Positions 30,776-40,430 of a stretch of 64,000 nt of DNA are shown here, piece after piece. Both the position numbers and the translations under genes were made by a program. Within the stretch, counting starts at the first letter, position 1, and every line of letters begins with the position of its first letter. Source of the stretch: Bdellovibrionota bacterium (lineage in GTDB: Bacteria; Bdellovibrionota_C; UBA2361; OMII01); contig JBILEW010000001.1 of the NCBI GenBank assembly GCA_044351885.1, positions 30,315-94,314 of the forward strand, written 5' to 3'. A model generated the notes under the pieces. The model was not told where the DNA came from. It ran no database searches and was given only the letters and a program-made list of their open reading frames with translations.

Positions 30776-31963
30776 CTATGACCTGAGACGGTCTGCGAAT
30801 ACAGACATGATGCGCACGTAGATATCCCGCAGCATCTCGATGTTGCTCACTTCGACGAATTCATCCGGGCCGTGCATGTTCCCGTGCGGTACGCCGAACT
30901 CTATGGTCGGTACCCCTTTGGCAGCGATGAAGCGTGCATCACTTGCGCCGCCGTCGCACGTAATAGCCGGCGCGATTCCGACCGACCGCTCGATTTCGCG
31001 CACGGCACACTCGACGAATTTCGCCTGAACCGAATCAGGATCAGCACTAACATCGGTCAGATACGACGGCGAGCGCTTCGAAACGTTTAACTCGCATTTC
31101 ACACCCGTACTATCGAGCCGACTTTGAATCTCCCGCTCTATCTCGTCTACATCACGCCCCGGAGCAAAACGAGCATCGAACGTAAGGGTCACGGAACCCG
31201 GGATGACGTTCAGCGCCGTACTATCCGTGGTTATGTTAGTGATCGAGAGCGTCGTTTCGGTTCCGTATCGCTCGTCACCCCAGGGAGCACTGAGCCGGCG
31301 TATGACATCTGGAAGCTCGTGTATGATATTGGGGGTGATCTGAGCGTATGCTGCGTGTCCTGCTTGCCCACGCAACGTAACAGTGCCGGCTATACACCCA
31401 CGACGTCCGATCTTGAGACAATCACCGAGTCGAGTCTTCGACGTCGGCTCGCCACAGATACAGCAATCGATCGGTTCACGAACCAAGTCGAGCAGCGCAG
31501 GCATTCCCTTCGACGCTGTCTCCTCGTCACCTGGCAGGAATACCGTCGAATGAACCCCCTCGTTAGCTAACGCGAGAGCTGCGAATATCATCGCTGCATC
31601 TCCGCTCTTCATATCGCTGGCACCGCGCCCGTAGAGAACTCCATTCTCTACCACCGCTCCGAATGGCGGATGCTTCCAACCTTGACCTACCGGGACCGTG
31701 TCATAGTGTCCGATGAACGCGACCCTGAGGTTTGGCGACTCCGGCCCAATGGTGGCCAGGATGTGTCGCTTCTCTCCTGCCTCTACCTGCTTCACTTCGA
31801 ATCCGGCCTGTGCGAGCCATTTCGAGAAACTCTCAACGAAATCGGGTGAGCCATCGTCCGTGACGGTGCGGTGTCGCAGCAACTCTCGAGTGAGATCGAC
31901 AGGTCCGGTTATATCCTGAAAGCGGGTAGTCCCGCCGGCCGTGTTTTCTTTGGACTCAATCAT
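30776..31963 (-). CDS. dapE: M20-family succinyl-diaminopimelate desuccinylase (DapE/ArgE-like)
   Basis: FIGHYDTVP...GRGASDMKSG metal-binding blocks. 4-nt overlap with the dapD stop. Confidence 0.75.
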   Translation of the reverse strand: MIESKENTAGGTTRFQDITGPVDLTRELLRHRTVTDDGSPDFVESFSKWLAQAGFEVKQVEAGEKRHILATIGPESPNLRVAFIGHYDTVPVGQGWKHPPFGAVVENGVLYGRGASDMKSGDAAMIFAALALANEGVHSTVFLPGDEETASKGMPALLDLVREPIDCCICGEPTSKTRLGDCLKIGRRGCIAGTVTLRGQAGHAAYAQITPNIIHELPDVIRRLSAPWGDERYGTETTLSITNITTDSTALNVIPGSVTLTFDARFAPGRDVDEIEREIQSRLDSTGVKCELNVSKRSPSYLTDVSADPDSVQAKFVECAVREIERSVGIAPAITCDGGASDARFIAAKGVPTIEFGVPHGNMHGPDEFVEVSNIEMLRDIYVRIMSVFADRLRS

Positions 31964-33144
31964 AACTTTACGTACAATTCAGAGTTCTTTGGCATCTGCG
32001 CAAGGCTCGTGTCACGTGCGTCCTTCTCGAGAAGCACGATGCAGTCGACACCTATAGTGCTGGTCTTGTTGTACACTCCACCTACGGCGACTCTGTGTTT
32101 GGGAATGACCGGGATCTCGAAGAACGTATCACCAATCGCCATGTAGCGCGACTCGACCTCTGAACCCGTCCTTAAGTCGAAGATCTTCTTGCCGGAAGCC
32201 ATCACGACACCACTCGCGACAACCGCTCCCTCCTCGATGATCCCACACAGCTCACAGTTTGCCCCAACACGCACATCGTCCTCGATAATCGAAGGCAACC
32301 GTCCTTGCGGTTCGAGAATTCCTTCGATCCCCGAGCCTGCTCCGAGCTTCACTCCCTTTCCGATCTGTGCACCCGTAGCCACGCGCGCGCCTCCGTCGAT
32401 CAGGACTCCAGAGCCAACGACGTACGCTCCTATATTTACGATCCCGCCCGGCATGATCGTGGTACCACTTCCTATGAAAGCTCCACGACGTGCGAAGCTT
32501 CCCGGGATGAATCGAACACCCGCGCGGTCGAAGTCCTCCTGACTCCACCCTTCGGTTTTGAGTGGAACCTTATCGTAACAATGCTCTCCCATCTTGATCA
32601 TCGGGAATGCGGAGAACCCAGCATTCATACACGCGACCGCGTAGGGTTGCGTGACCCACGTTCCATCTCCCGTCAACTCGACGCCGTTCACCCCAACTTT
32701 GTAGTTGGCCAACTTTTCAGCGCAGCGCACTAATCCCCTATCGAGGAGATCTACCGCTTCGCGCTTCTGATCTTGGGTCGCCGAGCCAGACACCACTGCA
32801 CTCAAAAGATCTGGAGACGCTTCTACCACCTCGACCTTCAGCACCTGGTGCTCCTTGAGTCCGAGCAGAAGATCGATGTTCGGATGAGCACCCGGCGATG
32901 CCTTAGCTTCCGCCAAGAGGGGTGCGAACACTTCCATGCACGATGCGACCGCTTTGGCAGGAAGCTCGCCATTTGCTTGAAAGTTCGCGTACACGCGGAG
33001 CGATCCCGCCTGACCTGGAACGTTCGCCACCGTTCTGATCAGTTGACCATCGAGGAACAACTTAATCAGCGCCACCTGCGGCACCGCTTTGGTCAAACGA
33101 TTCACGTTGTCGTTGAATTGAGCCTTTACTGCGTCACTAGTCAT
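31960..33144 (-). CDS. dapD: 2,3,4,5-tetrahydropyridine-2,6-dicarboxylate N-succinyltransferase (long form)
   Basis: Left-handed beta-helix hexapeptide repeats (GAYVVGSGVLIDGGARVATGAQIGKGVKLGAGSGIEG). Located between the aminotransferase and dapE. Confidence 0.7.
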   Translation of the reverse strand: MTSDAVKAQFNDNVNRLTKAVPQVALIKLFLDGQLIRTVANVPGQAGSLRVYANFQANGELPAKAVASCMEVFAPLLAEAKASPGAHPNIDLLLGLKEHQVLKVEVVEASPDLLSAVVSGSATQDQKREAVDLLDRGLVRCAEKLANYKVGVNGVELTGDGTWVTQPYAVACMNAGFSAFPMIKMGEHCYDKVPLKTEGWSQEDFDRAGVRFIPGSFARRGAFIGSGTTIMPGGIVNIGAYVVGSGVLIDGGARVATGAQIGKGVKLGAGSGIEGILEPQGRLPSIIEDDVRVGANCELCGIIEEGAVVASGVVMASGKKIFDLRTGSEVESRYMAIGDTFFEIPVIPKHRVAVGGVYNKTSTIGVDCIVLLEKDARDTSLAQMPKNSELYVKL

Positions 33145-33148
33145 TACC

Positions 33149-34420
33149 CTAACACCTCGTGCTTTTATAATTCCTGACGTAATCAGCGAATACTGCCATA
33201 GACCTCTTGGTCGACTCGATCGTATCGATCAGAGCCATACGGATAAAGCCCGAGCCTGGATTCCCCCTTTCCCCTGCAACTGAGAAGTAGCTTCCTGGAA
33301 AGGTCAGAATTCCTGTGTCCCGCGCGAGCTCGAGAGCAAATGCTTCATCATCGGGATTCATGCTCGAAACATCGAGCCACACGTAGAACGTCCCTGAGGG
33401 AAGCGTGGTGGGAAGATCGAGTCCAGAGAACGCATCTCGAAAGACCTCGACCTTCTCACGATATAGCTCGCGGTTTTTGCGAACATCGTCGAAATTGGTC
33501 CATGCATAGGCAGAGGCGCGCTGCACATTGTTCGGCAAAACCTTTCGCTCACTGAAGCGCATCTTGAGGTAACTCGATACCAATCGCGCATCTCCGACCA
33601 TCGAGCCGGAACGCAGGCCTGGGAGGCTACTGCGCTTCGAGAGGGTATCAAACGCCACCACATGGCTGAAGGAGTTGTCACCATCGAGCGTCGCACAAAC
33701 CTCCAAAATACTCGGCGGCTTTCGGTCGAAGTAGATCTCGATGTAGCACTCGTCTGAGGCAACCGCAAAGCCGTACCTGCGCGCCAGGAGCACCACCTCT
33801 CGGAGACTCTCCTCGGAGTAGCACACTGCGCAGGGGTTATTCGGGCTGTTTAAGTAGCACAAACTCGTGCGCCCCAAGACATCTTCCGGAATGCTGGCGA
33901 GGTCGGGCTGAAAGCCGTCTTCAGCTCTCAGATCAAAGTAGTAGGGAATCCCTCCAGCATATTCGGTAGCTGAGCTGTACACCTGGTACGCAGGATTGGG
34001 GATCAACACGTACGGCTTCTGGGGATCCAAGCTTGCTGTAGCGAAAGAGAACAGTAACTCTCCACTTCCGCACCCCGCCAAGACCTGACTCTCGTCAATT
34101 GAAGCGTGCAAGGTTTTGGATGTGAGATTGGCTCGGATGATAGCCTCTGTCAGGTAGCTCTCTTGCTTGGTCTTAGGATATCTTCCGAGTGACTCCGCCG
34201 CGTACGAGTTCACTATCTCTGTCACTCGCGGATCCGGCTCGTGTTGCGGCTCTCCGATCGTCAGGTCTGCTGTAACTGGCGTGGCGAGCCCGGAAAATAG
34301 CTGCCTCTTTCGATCGAAGGTGTACGGCCGCATAGCAGCTATTTTGGGATTAATCATGGCGGAAATAGTAGTAGACCGAACCTTGTTTTGCAACCGAGCA
34401 GGGTCGTCGATACCCCTCAT
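33149..34420 (-). CDS. Class I PLP aminotransferase, putative N-succinyl-diaminopimelate aminotransferase (DapC-like)
   Basis: Aminotransferase fold-type I blocks (NSPNNPCAV...; ...FDTLSKRSSLPGLRSG with the PLP Lys context). First gene of an apparent dapC-dapD-dapE operon. Confidence 0.7.
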   Translation of the reverse strand: MRGIDDPARLQNKVRSTTISAMINPKIAAMRPYTFDRKRQLFSGLATPVTADLTIGEPQHEPDPRVTEIVNSYAAESLGRYPKTKQESYLTEAIIRANLTSKTLHASIDESQVLAGCGSGELLFSFATASLDPQKPYVLIPNPAYQVYSSATEYAGGIPYYFDLRAEDGFQPDLASIPEDVLGRTSLCYLNSPNNPCAVCYSEESLREVVLLARRYGFAVASDECYIEIYFDRKPPSILEVCATLDGDNSFSHVVAFDTLSKRSSLPGLRSGSMVGDARLVSSYLKMRFSERKVLPNNVQRASAYAWTNFDDVRKNRELYREKVEVFRDAFSGLDLPTTLPSGTFYVWLDVSSMNPDDEAFALELARDTGILTFPGSYFSVAGERGNPGSGFIRMALIDTIESTKRSMAVFADYVRNYKSTRC

Positions 34421-34490
34421 GCATCCTGCCTAGCTCTGGGAACGATTCGTTCGGGCAGTCGCGAATAGGACCGATGATTCGACGATTCAC

Positions 34491-34710
34491 GGACGGCGGG
34501 GACGCCGTCCCTCCTGAGATCCAAAAATCACAACCTTGAAACCCCGTACCGCGTGGACCCCACACCACCATCTTCTCATCACCGCCGGAATTATCATCAA
34601 GGAGGGACGGCGTCCTCGCCGTCCGCGAATATTCAAATCATCAATGCCTTTCGCAAATGTCCGAACAATTGTTCCCCTTCGCGCACCTCACGGACGGGGT
34701 CCTCGCCGTA
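34491..34710. promoter_or_regulatory. Three copies of a GC-rich hairpin motif (GGACGGCG-N4-CGCCGTCC) in a divergent promoter region
   Basis: 34491-34514 GGACGGCGGGGACGCCGTCCCTCC and 34601-34624 GGAGGGACGGCGTCCTCGCCGTCC are reverse complements of each other. A third partial copy is at 34691-34710. Lies between dapC-like (minus) and the collagen-like gene (plus). Confidence 0.55.
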
Positions 34711-34842
34711 CTCTTGGTGAAAATTCATAGAGACGGCTATTGGTATGATATTCGTCATACCCAAGATCACCCGAGCATCAAGCTCCTTTGACATCGCGAG
34801 CACGCACGCATACGGTACCGGTTCTCTGGGGAGACAAGAGCT

Positions 34843-35406
34843 ATGAAAAACACCGCTTTAGTCGGAATTATTACAGTTCTCATCGCGCTCACGAACACGA
34901 CACAGGCCGAAACTGTGTGCCTTCGTTCTCGATTACTCTCCGGAAGAATCGCGCATCAGACCAGGATAGTTGGGAATGGAACCGCATGTCCCGCAGGCTA
35001 CAAAGCGCTTTTCAACTCGGGGGCGCTAACAACCGGCGGGCCAGCTGGACCCCAGGGGCCTCAGGGCGAGCGTGGACCTCAGGGACTGCAAGGGCCTCAA
35101 GGCGCAACAGGTCCCCAAGGGATCGCGGGGAGCACCTACAACATCGCAGTCGTCATCGGTGAGAGCGCGAACAATTCTGTAAGCCCAAAAACTGCATCTG
35201 CTACCTGCCCAGCGAACAGCGAGGTTGTTGGCGGTTTCGGCTCCGTGGACAATGGACTCCTCGTTCCGGTTTCAGGCGTTGCCCTCACCTATCAATCGTT
35301 CGCTCTTACGGGTCAGGGGTTCGTTGCAACCGCATATGAAACGAATGACCAGCTCAGCAGCAGTTGGATGGTTCGGGCCGTTGCTCTCTGTCGGGTAACG
35401 AGCTAG
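34843..35406 (+). CDS. Secreted collagen-like repeat protein (10 Gly-X-Y triplets) with ~110-aa C-terminal globular domain
   Basis: Signal peptide MKNTALVGIITVLIALTNTTQA. GPAGPQGPQGERGPQGLQGPQGATGPQGIAG is an uninterrupted collagen triple-helix repeat. C-terminal domain carries 2 Cys. Confidence 0.7.
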   Translation: MKNTALVGIITVLIALTNTTQAETVCLRSRLLSGRIAHQTRIVGNGTACPAGYKALFNSGALTTGGPAGPQGPQGERGPQGLQGPQGATGPQGIAGSTYNIAVVIGESANNSVSPKTASATCPANSEVVGGFGSVDNGLLVPVSGVALTYQSFALTGQGFVATAYETNDQLSSSWMVRAVALCRVTS

Positions 35407-35514
35407 CGCAGAGCTTCTACCCTTCCGACATAGTCACGCCCACAGCACGAAACGCGTGGGCAACGGAGAATGCTGACTCGAGAACCTTTGCCTACCTTGC
35501 ACAGGACGAGCGTG

Positions 35515-35883
35515 TCAGAACGATCCCGTACGCAGAAGCACCAACGTACAAGCACATTCCACCTCGATCCCATCCTCGAGCAGGGCGCGCTCGAGCTCTT
35601 CCGATTCAGCTCCGGGGTTGAGGATAACTCTGCGGGGATGGAGGGCTAGGAAGCCAGGCGCTAACTGCGCTCCTCGGGCGGGACCCACGTACACGGACAC
35701 CGTATCTACAGGCTCATGAATCAGCTCAAGCGAAGCTACCGCCGGAATTCCTTCGATCTCTTCTTGAACGGGATGCACCGGAATCACGCGATAGCCGTAC
35801 TCCCGCAACATGCGCACGGCCTTGTTGGAATACCGCTCAGGCTTCGCACTAGCCCCGACAACTACTACAGTCTTCGAATTCAT
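35515..35883 (-). CDS. CoA-binding domain protein (YccU/YneT-like)
   Basis: KTVVVVGASAKPERYSNKAVRMLREYGYRVIPVHP is the CoA-binding Rossmann-like family signature; 122 aa. Confidence 0.75.
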   Translation of the reverse strand: MNSKTVVVVGASAKPERYSNKAVRMLREYGYRVIPVHPVQEEIEGIPAVASLELIHEPVDTVSVYVGPARGAQLAPGFLALHPRRVILNPGAESEELERALLEDGIEVECACTLVLLRTGSF

Positions 35884-36031
35884 GCTGGCCCCCTCTCTTT
35901 CCCCAAGCGTCAGTATGCTCTGAATCAGGGAGATGTGCGATAGGTAACGCTATCGGGAGTATCTCAGAGATGGGGCGCGACAACGAGTAAATGCTTGGTA
36001 TCCCCTCACCACTTGCTCTATCATTCAATGC

Positions 36032-37171
36032 ATGAAAGTACTCACCTACCCCGCGCTCCTGGCGCTCGCCTTCGTTGCGACTCGTACCTGCACTGCAGCA
36101 CCACAGTACCAACTGAATCGACAGTGGCCGGCAAGTACCTTGTCACAGCCGCTGGATCTTCAGTTCGTTACTGTGAACGACGAAGAGTCCGCCTTTGTCG
36201 TGCAACAGAACGGAGTAATCCTCAAACTTCGTACGGAGTCGGATGGATCCTCGCCTACTGTTACCCTCGATATCTCTACTCGAATCGTCTCAAGCGGCGA
36301 GCAGGGATTACTGGGGCTGGCTGTACATCCTAGGTTCTCCGAGAACGGTTTTATTTACGTGAATTATACGCGATCATCGGACGGTGCGACTGTGATCTCG
36401 CGCTTCACTGTAGACCGCTCGACCTGGGTGAGTGACCTGGGATCCGAAGTTCCTCTTCTAACGATTCCCCAGCCGTACGATAACCACAACGGCGGCGCTC
36501 TGGTCTTCGGGGCCGATGGTTTTCTGTACATCGCTCTCGGGGACGGAGGAGGTGCAGGAGACCCGCAGAACAATGCTCAGTCTCTCAGCTCACTTCTAGG
36601 AAAAATTCTGCGCATCGATGTCGATAGACCTGGCTCTCGAGCGCCCTATTCTATACCGCGCTCGAATCCTTTCTCCGCGCGAGAAGGACGCGTACGCCTA
36701 GAGATCTTTGCGTGGGGGTTCCGGAACCCATTCAAGATGACCCGAGACCGTGCGAGCTCCAGGATCTGGGTGGGAGATGTCGGGCAGAACATGCGCGAGG
36801 AGATAGATATCCTCAAGCGCGGCGCGAACTATGGCTGGAACGTAGTGGAGGGAGACCTCTGTTATCCCGCAGGGACGAGCTGCTCGCGTCGCAGATTTGA
36901 AAAGCCCGTCTGGACTATCCCGCACTCCAAGGGAAGGTCGGTTACCGGAGGATACGTGTATCGTGGGACTGCGCTCAGAAGACTGCGCGGTAGCTTCCTT
37001 TATGGCGATTTCGTGACTGGGAAGATATGGCGCCTGTGGAAACGGGGGCGGACATACCGCAATCGGCTCGTGCTTTCCTCTAAGATTAACATCTCCTCCT
37101 TCGGCCAGGATTCAGCCGGAGAGATATACGTCGTCGACTACTCGGGCTATATATACAAGCTAGGGAAGTAA
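36032..37171 (+). CDS. PQQ-dependent soluble sugar (glucose/sorbosone) dehydrogenase, beta-propeller
   Basis: Signal peptide; blocks GLLGLAVHP, NHNGGALVFGADGFLYIALGDGG, FAWGFRNPF..WVGDVGQN typical of the Asd/YliI family. Confidence 0.8.
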   Translation: MKVLTYPALLALAFVATRTCTAAPQYQLNRQWPASTLSQPLDLQFVTVNDEESAFVVQQNGVILKLRTESDGSSPTVTLDISTRIVSSGEQGLLGLAVHPRFSENGFIYVNYTRSSDGATVISRFTVDRSTWVSDLGSEVPLLTIPQPYDNHNGGALVFGADGFLYIALGDGGGAGDPQNNAQSLSSLLGKILRIDVDRPGSRAPYSIPRSNPFSAREGRVRLEIFAWGFRNPFKMTRDRASSRIWVGDVGQNMREEIDILKRGANYGWNVVEGDLCYPAGTSCSRRRFEKPVWTIPHSKGRSVTGGYVYRGTALRRLRGSFLYGDFVTGKIWRLWKRGRTYRNRLVLSSKINISSFGQDSAGEIYVVDYSGYIYKLGK

Positions 37172-37207
37172 GGCAAAACTGACCTGTGGTTTCACTTTTG
37201 AACTTAT

Positions 37208-37345
37208 CACGTGAACGTGCTCGTGCTCGTAAACGTGCACGTACCCGAACATCTTGATGTTTTTGTTTGGGGTACGTTTACGTTCAGGTGCACGAGCACG
37301 TTCACGTAGAAAAGTGACAGGCTTTGCCTCGCTTCCCTAGGTCAG
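37208..37345 (-). repeat. Palindromic dispersed repeat family, copy 3 (inverted orientation)
   Basis: CACGTGAACGTGCTCGTGCTCGTAAACGTGCACGTACCCGAACATCTTGATGTT...GGGGTACGTTTACGTTCAGGTGCACGAGCACGTTCACGTA plus flank GAAAAGTGACAGGCTTTGCCTCGCTTCCCTAGG. The reverse complement matches copy 1 including its non-palindromic flank. Confidence 0.8.
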
Positions 37346-37360
37346 TCGTGAGGTGAGGAG

Positions 37361-38005
37361 ATGCAGAGCACTATTCCATCGGAGAAGGCGCTAAGGGCCC
37401 GGACGCCAGGCTCTTATGTAGTAAACGAGATCTTTTTCTCTCTTCAAGGCGAAGGTAAGAAAGCTGGCACGCCGATGGTGTTCGTCCGATTTTCGGATTG
37501 CAATCTGCGTTGTTCGAGCGTGAATGCAGGATTCGACTGCGACACCGAATTCATGAGCGGTCGCGAGATGACCGCACAGGAGATCCTCGCCGAGTGCGAG
37601 GCCCTCAATCCGAAGAAGGGCTGGCTGCTCTTCACAGGAGGAGAGCCTGGTCTTCAACTTGACGATGCACTCGTGTCAAAAACACGCGACATTGGATGGA
37701 AGATAGCTATCGAAACGAACGGCACAGTCGAGCTTCCATCGAGTATCGATTGGATCTGTGTGTCACCCAAGAGTGCAGAACATACGATTCGACAACGAAC
37801 GGCTCACGAGGTGAAATATGTGCGTCGTTTCGGCATGGGCATCCCCCTGCCTTCGGTCACTGCAGACCACTATCTCATCTCCCCCGCATTTCAGTCAGAT
37901 GGCAGCGTTTCGCCGACAGATCTCGAGTGGTGCATCAAGCTCGTAAAAGAGAACCCGACGTGGAGTTTGGCAGTCCAGTACCATAAGTTCTTGCAGATTC
38001 GCTGA
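37361..38005 (+). CDS. queE: 7-carboxy-7-deazaguanine synthase (radical SAM)
   Basis: VVNEIFFSLQGEGKKAGTPMVFVRFSDCNLRC is the QueE N-terminal cluster/SAM motif; 214 aa. Confidence 0.85.
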   Translation: MQSTIPSEKALRARTPGSYVVNEIFFSLQGEGKKAGTPMVFVRFSDCNLRCSSVNAGFDCDTEFMSGREMTAQEILAECEALNPKKGWLLFTGGEPGLQLDDALVSKTRDIGWKIAIETNGTVELPSSIDWICVSPKSAEHTIRQRTAHEVKYVRRFGMGIPLPSVTADHYLISPAFQSDGSVSPTDLEWCIKLVKENPTWSLAVQYHKFLQIR

Positions 38006-38024
38006 GGGCGCAACCAGGTTTATT

Positions 38025-40346
38025 TTACCACTTCGCTTTGGCACGCACATCATTAGACGTGTATTCCAGCTTTCCCTGACGTTTGCGCTGAAGTTCGTTG
38101 TTCAACAACTCGAAGTCTTCCTTCTTGAGCGAGAAGAGCGTCAACACTGGATTATGGAATCCGTATGCACCCCCCTTCTTACTGAACTGTGTCACAACCG
38201 GTACGCGGTCGAACACTTCGCGCAATCGCTGGCGTAACACCGGTTCCGACTCGGGCTGCTTGAAGTACCTATCGTAGAAGAAACTCGACAGGATCAGGTA
38301 ATCGTATCCTGACGCCTTCAGATCTCCGATGTCGAGCTTAACCAAGATCTTTGCACGGGGAATGTACTCGATATTGAACTCTCCGTCGGCAAAGCGCGGA
38401 CAGTATGGCTTCCAATCCATGAACACCTTGGAACCTGGCGGGATGTTTTGGCGCATCCATTCACGCAACTCCTGCCGAGTATCGCTCTTAAGCTCCGATG
38501 CGAGCACCGTCGTACGGAAGAGCGCTGGCACCAGAAACATGAAGGTCAGCAGTGATGCTCCATAGCGCGGGGACATATATCGTCCGATATTCTGCGCGAG
38601 CTCACCGAGCGCAATCGCCAAAAATGGGAGACACGGCATGATGTACCGCTCAGGCTGAGGCGCTGGCTTGGCCTTCACGAACTCCGACGGCAGATAGAAG
38701 AGCAGCACGAGGGAAACTACGAAGAGCCCCTCGATACGCGGACGACGCACGAGAAATCCGAGCCCTATAACCGAAGCCACTGCTGTTACCGTGGTCATAC
38801 CGGGCAAGATGCTGCGCCAGAAGTGGTACATCCAGAGCTGAGACCAGGCATCGATCGTATTCGTATGCCCGTTCTGCATATGATTCGACTCTGCGCGGAA
38901 ATCCTTTAGGAATTCCTTAGAATCCAAAATAGAGAACGGCGTCGTAGCGACAAATCCCAGCGGTGCGATCGCCATAGCGATCAGCGCCCACGGCAACCAA
39001 CGTAGATCGGGCTTCCACGATCGAGAGGCGAGCCACGGAGCAGATCCGGGCACGATCGCCATCAAAATACCGGAGTACTTGGTTCCAGCGGTTACACCAG
39101 CAAGTAGTCCGGCCACCAGCAACAACCATCGGCGGTTGGTCTGAACGGCGATCAACGTAGTGAGAACACAGCTCAGCACCACACACGTGAGGAGCGCGTC
39201 CTCTTTGAGGTATCGACTACAGGTAACGTGCAAAGGAAGGACTGCGAGCAGAACAGCCGCACTGAGTCCTACGCTTCGCGAAAACAGCCGTCGCCCTATC
39301 GCGTAGGTCATCGCTATTGAAAGTGTGCCTGCGATAGCACTCACGATGCGACCCGCCAAGAATGCCGTCTCTCGAACGGTACCGTCGACTCCGATGAACT
39401 GCAGCAAGCAGTTCATAAAATAGGTGCAATACAAGAGCAGCGAGGGATGCAGGAAATACTGCGGATTCCAGGTGTTTTGGTCGACCATCCGCATGATGGC
39501 GTTGACCTTTGGAACCTCATCCGGATGGAAGTTGTCCGGCAATCCGAAGTCGATACCGTAGAAACGGAGCGCGCCTCCAGCGGCAACGATCAGCGCTGGC
39601 ACGAGCCATCCCGAACGCGACTCGTCCTCCTCTGGCTCCGCCGACAAGCGCACGCTGAGAGCCATACCCCCGAGAAGTCCGGTACATAGGAGCCACAACG
39701 GAGTAAACTTATCCAGAGGTACCGTGGCGACGTGAAGAAAGACCAACGCCGACAAAGAGGCCAGTAATCCGACACCCGCACCTATCGCTCCAACTCGTCG
39801 TCCAAGCGCAAGGGTACTGAACAGCGCGAGCAAGGCTACAGCCGATACACCAGCAATGAGTGAGTCGAGTGCGACGATCGGCACACCGAGCCGCGACGAA
39901 ACAAGCGCCCTCGAAATCTGAACACTAAGGGTCCGCTGATCTTTGCCTCCTTGCGGCACGAAGGAATTTAATCCCTTCAGATGGACGGTCTGCGGCACAC
40001 ATATTCCCGAGAGAGGGATCCGCACAGGCTCGGAAGTCGCAATCGTGAAGGTGGCTTCCTGTCCCCCGCACACAGAGATAGCAACTTGAGGCGGTTCAGA
40101 GGCTCCCGCACGGGTCGGATTGAAGTGTAGCTCGAGGGTATTCCCGTATCGAGCGAAGCCTTCCAATGACACCATCGCCTGATCGACCAGCCAGCCATCA
40201 GAGTGAATACCGCCATCCGACAAAGCCGCGAAGTTCCGAGAGGTCCAACGGTGAGGTTGCAGCACACCCGCAACATACACCCCAACTAAGAGGACCAAAC
40301 ACGCAACTACACCGTACAAAAACTTCATATGACGATTTCTCATCAA
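38025..40346 (-). CDS. Polytopic membrane protein, putative GT-C fold glycosyltransferase (GT39/GT83-like)
   Basis: About 13-15 TM helices. Periplasmic-loop DE motif (GIDFGLPDNFHPDEVPK) near the first helices. ~190-aa C-terminal soluble domain. Confidence 0.6.
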   Translation of the reverse strand: MMRNRHMKFLYGVVACLVLLVGVYVAGVLQPHRWTSRNFAALSDGGIHSDGWLVDQAMVSLEGFARYGNTLELHFNPTRAGASEPPQVAISVCGGQEATFTIATSEPVRIPLSGICVPQTVHLKGLNSFVPQGGKDQRTLSVQISRALVSSRLGVPIVALDSLIAGVSAVALLALFSTLALGRRVGAIGAGVGLLASLSALVFLHVATVPLDKFTPLWLLCTGLLGGMALSVRLSAEPEEDESRSGWLVPALIVAAGGALRFYGIDFGLPDNFHPDEVPKVNAIMRMVDQNTWNPQYFLHPSLLLYCTYFMNCLLQFIGVDGTVRETAFLAGRIVSAIAGTLSIAMTYAIGRRLFSRSVGLSAAVLLAVLPLHVTCSRYLKEDALLTCVVLSCVLTTLIAVQTNRRWLLLVAGLLAGVTAGTKYSGILMAIVPGSAPWLASRSWKPDLRWLPWALIAMAIAPLGFVATTPFSILDSKEFLKDFRAESNHMQNGHTNTIDAWSQLWMYHFWRSILPGMTTVTAVASVIGLGFLVRRPRIEGLFVVSLVLLFYLPSEFVKAKPAPQPERYIMPCLPFLAIALGELAQNIGRYMSPRYGASLLTFMFLVPALFRTTVLASELKSDTRQELREWMRQNIPPGSKVFMDWKPYCPRFADGEFNIEYIPRAKILVKLDIGDLKASGYDYLILSSFFYDRYFKQPESEPVLRQRLREVFDRVPVVTQFSKKGGAYGFHNPVLTLFSLKKEDFELLNNELQRKRQGKLEYTSNDVRAKAKW

Positions 40347-40430
40347 ACACCCCTACGAACTCGGGCACACTTGCCAGGCCGCTCCTCCCCCAAACTCGCC
40401 AGGAACAATACCTTGCCGAAGCTCGAAGAG

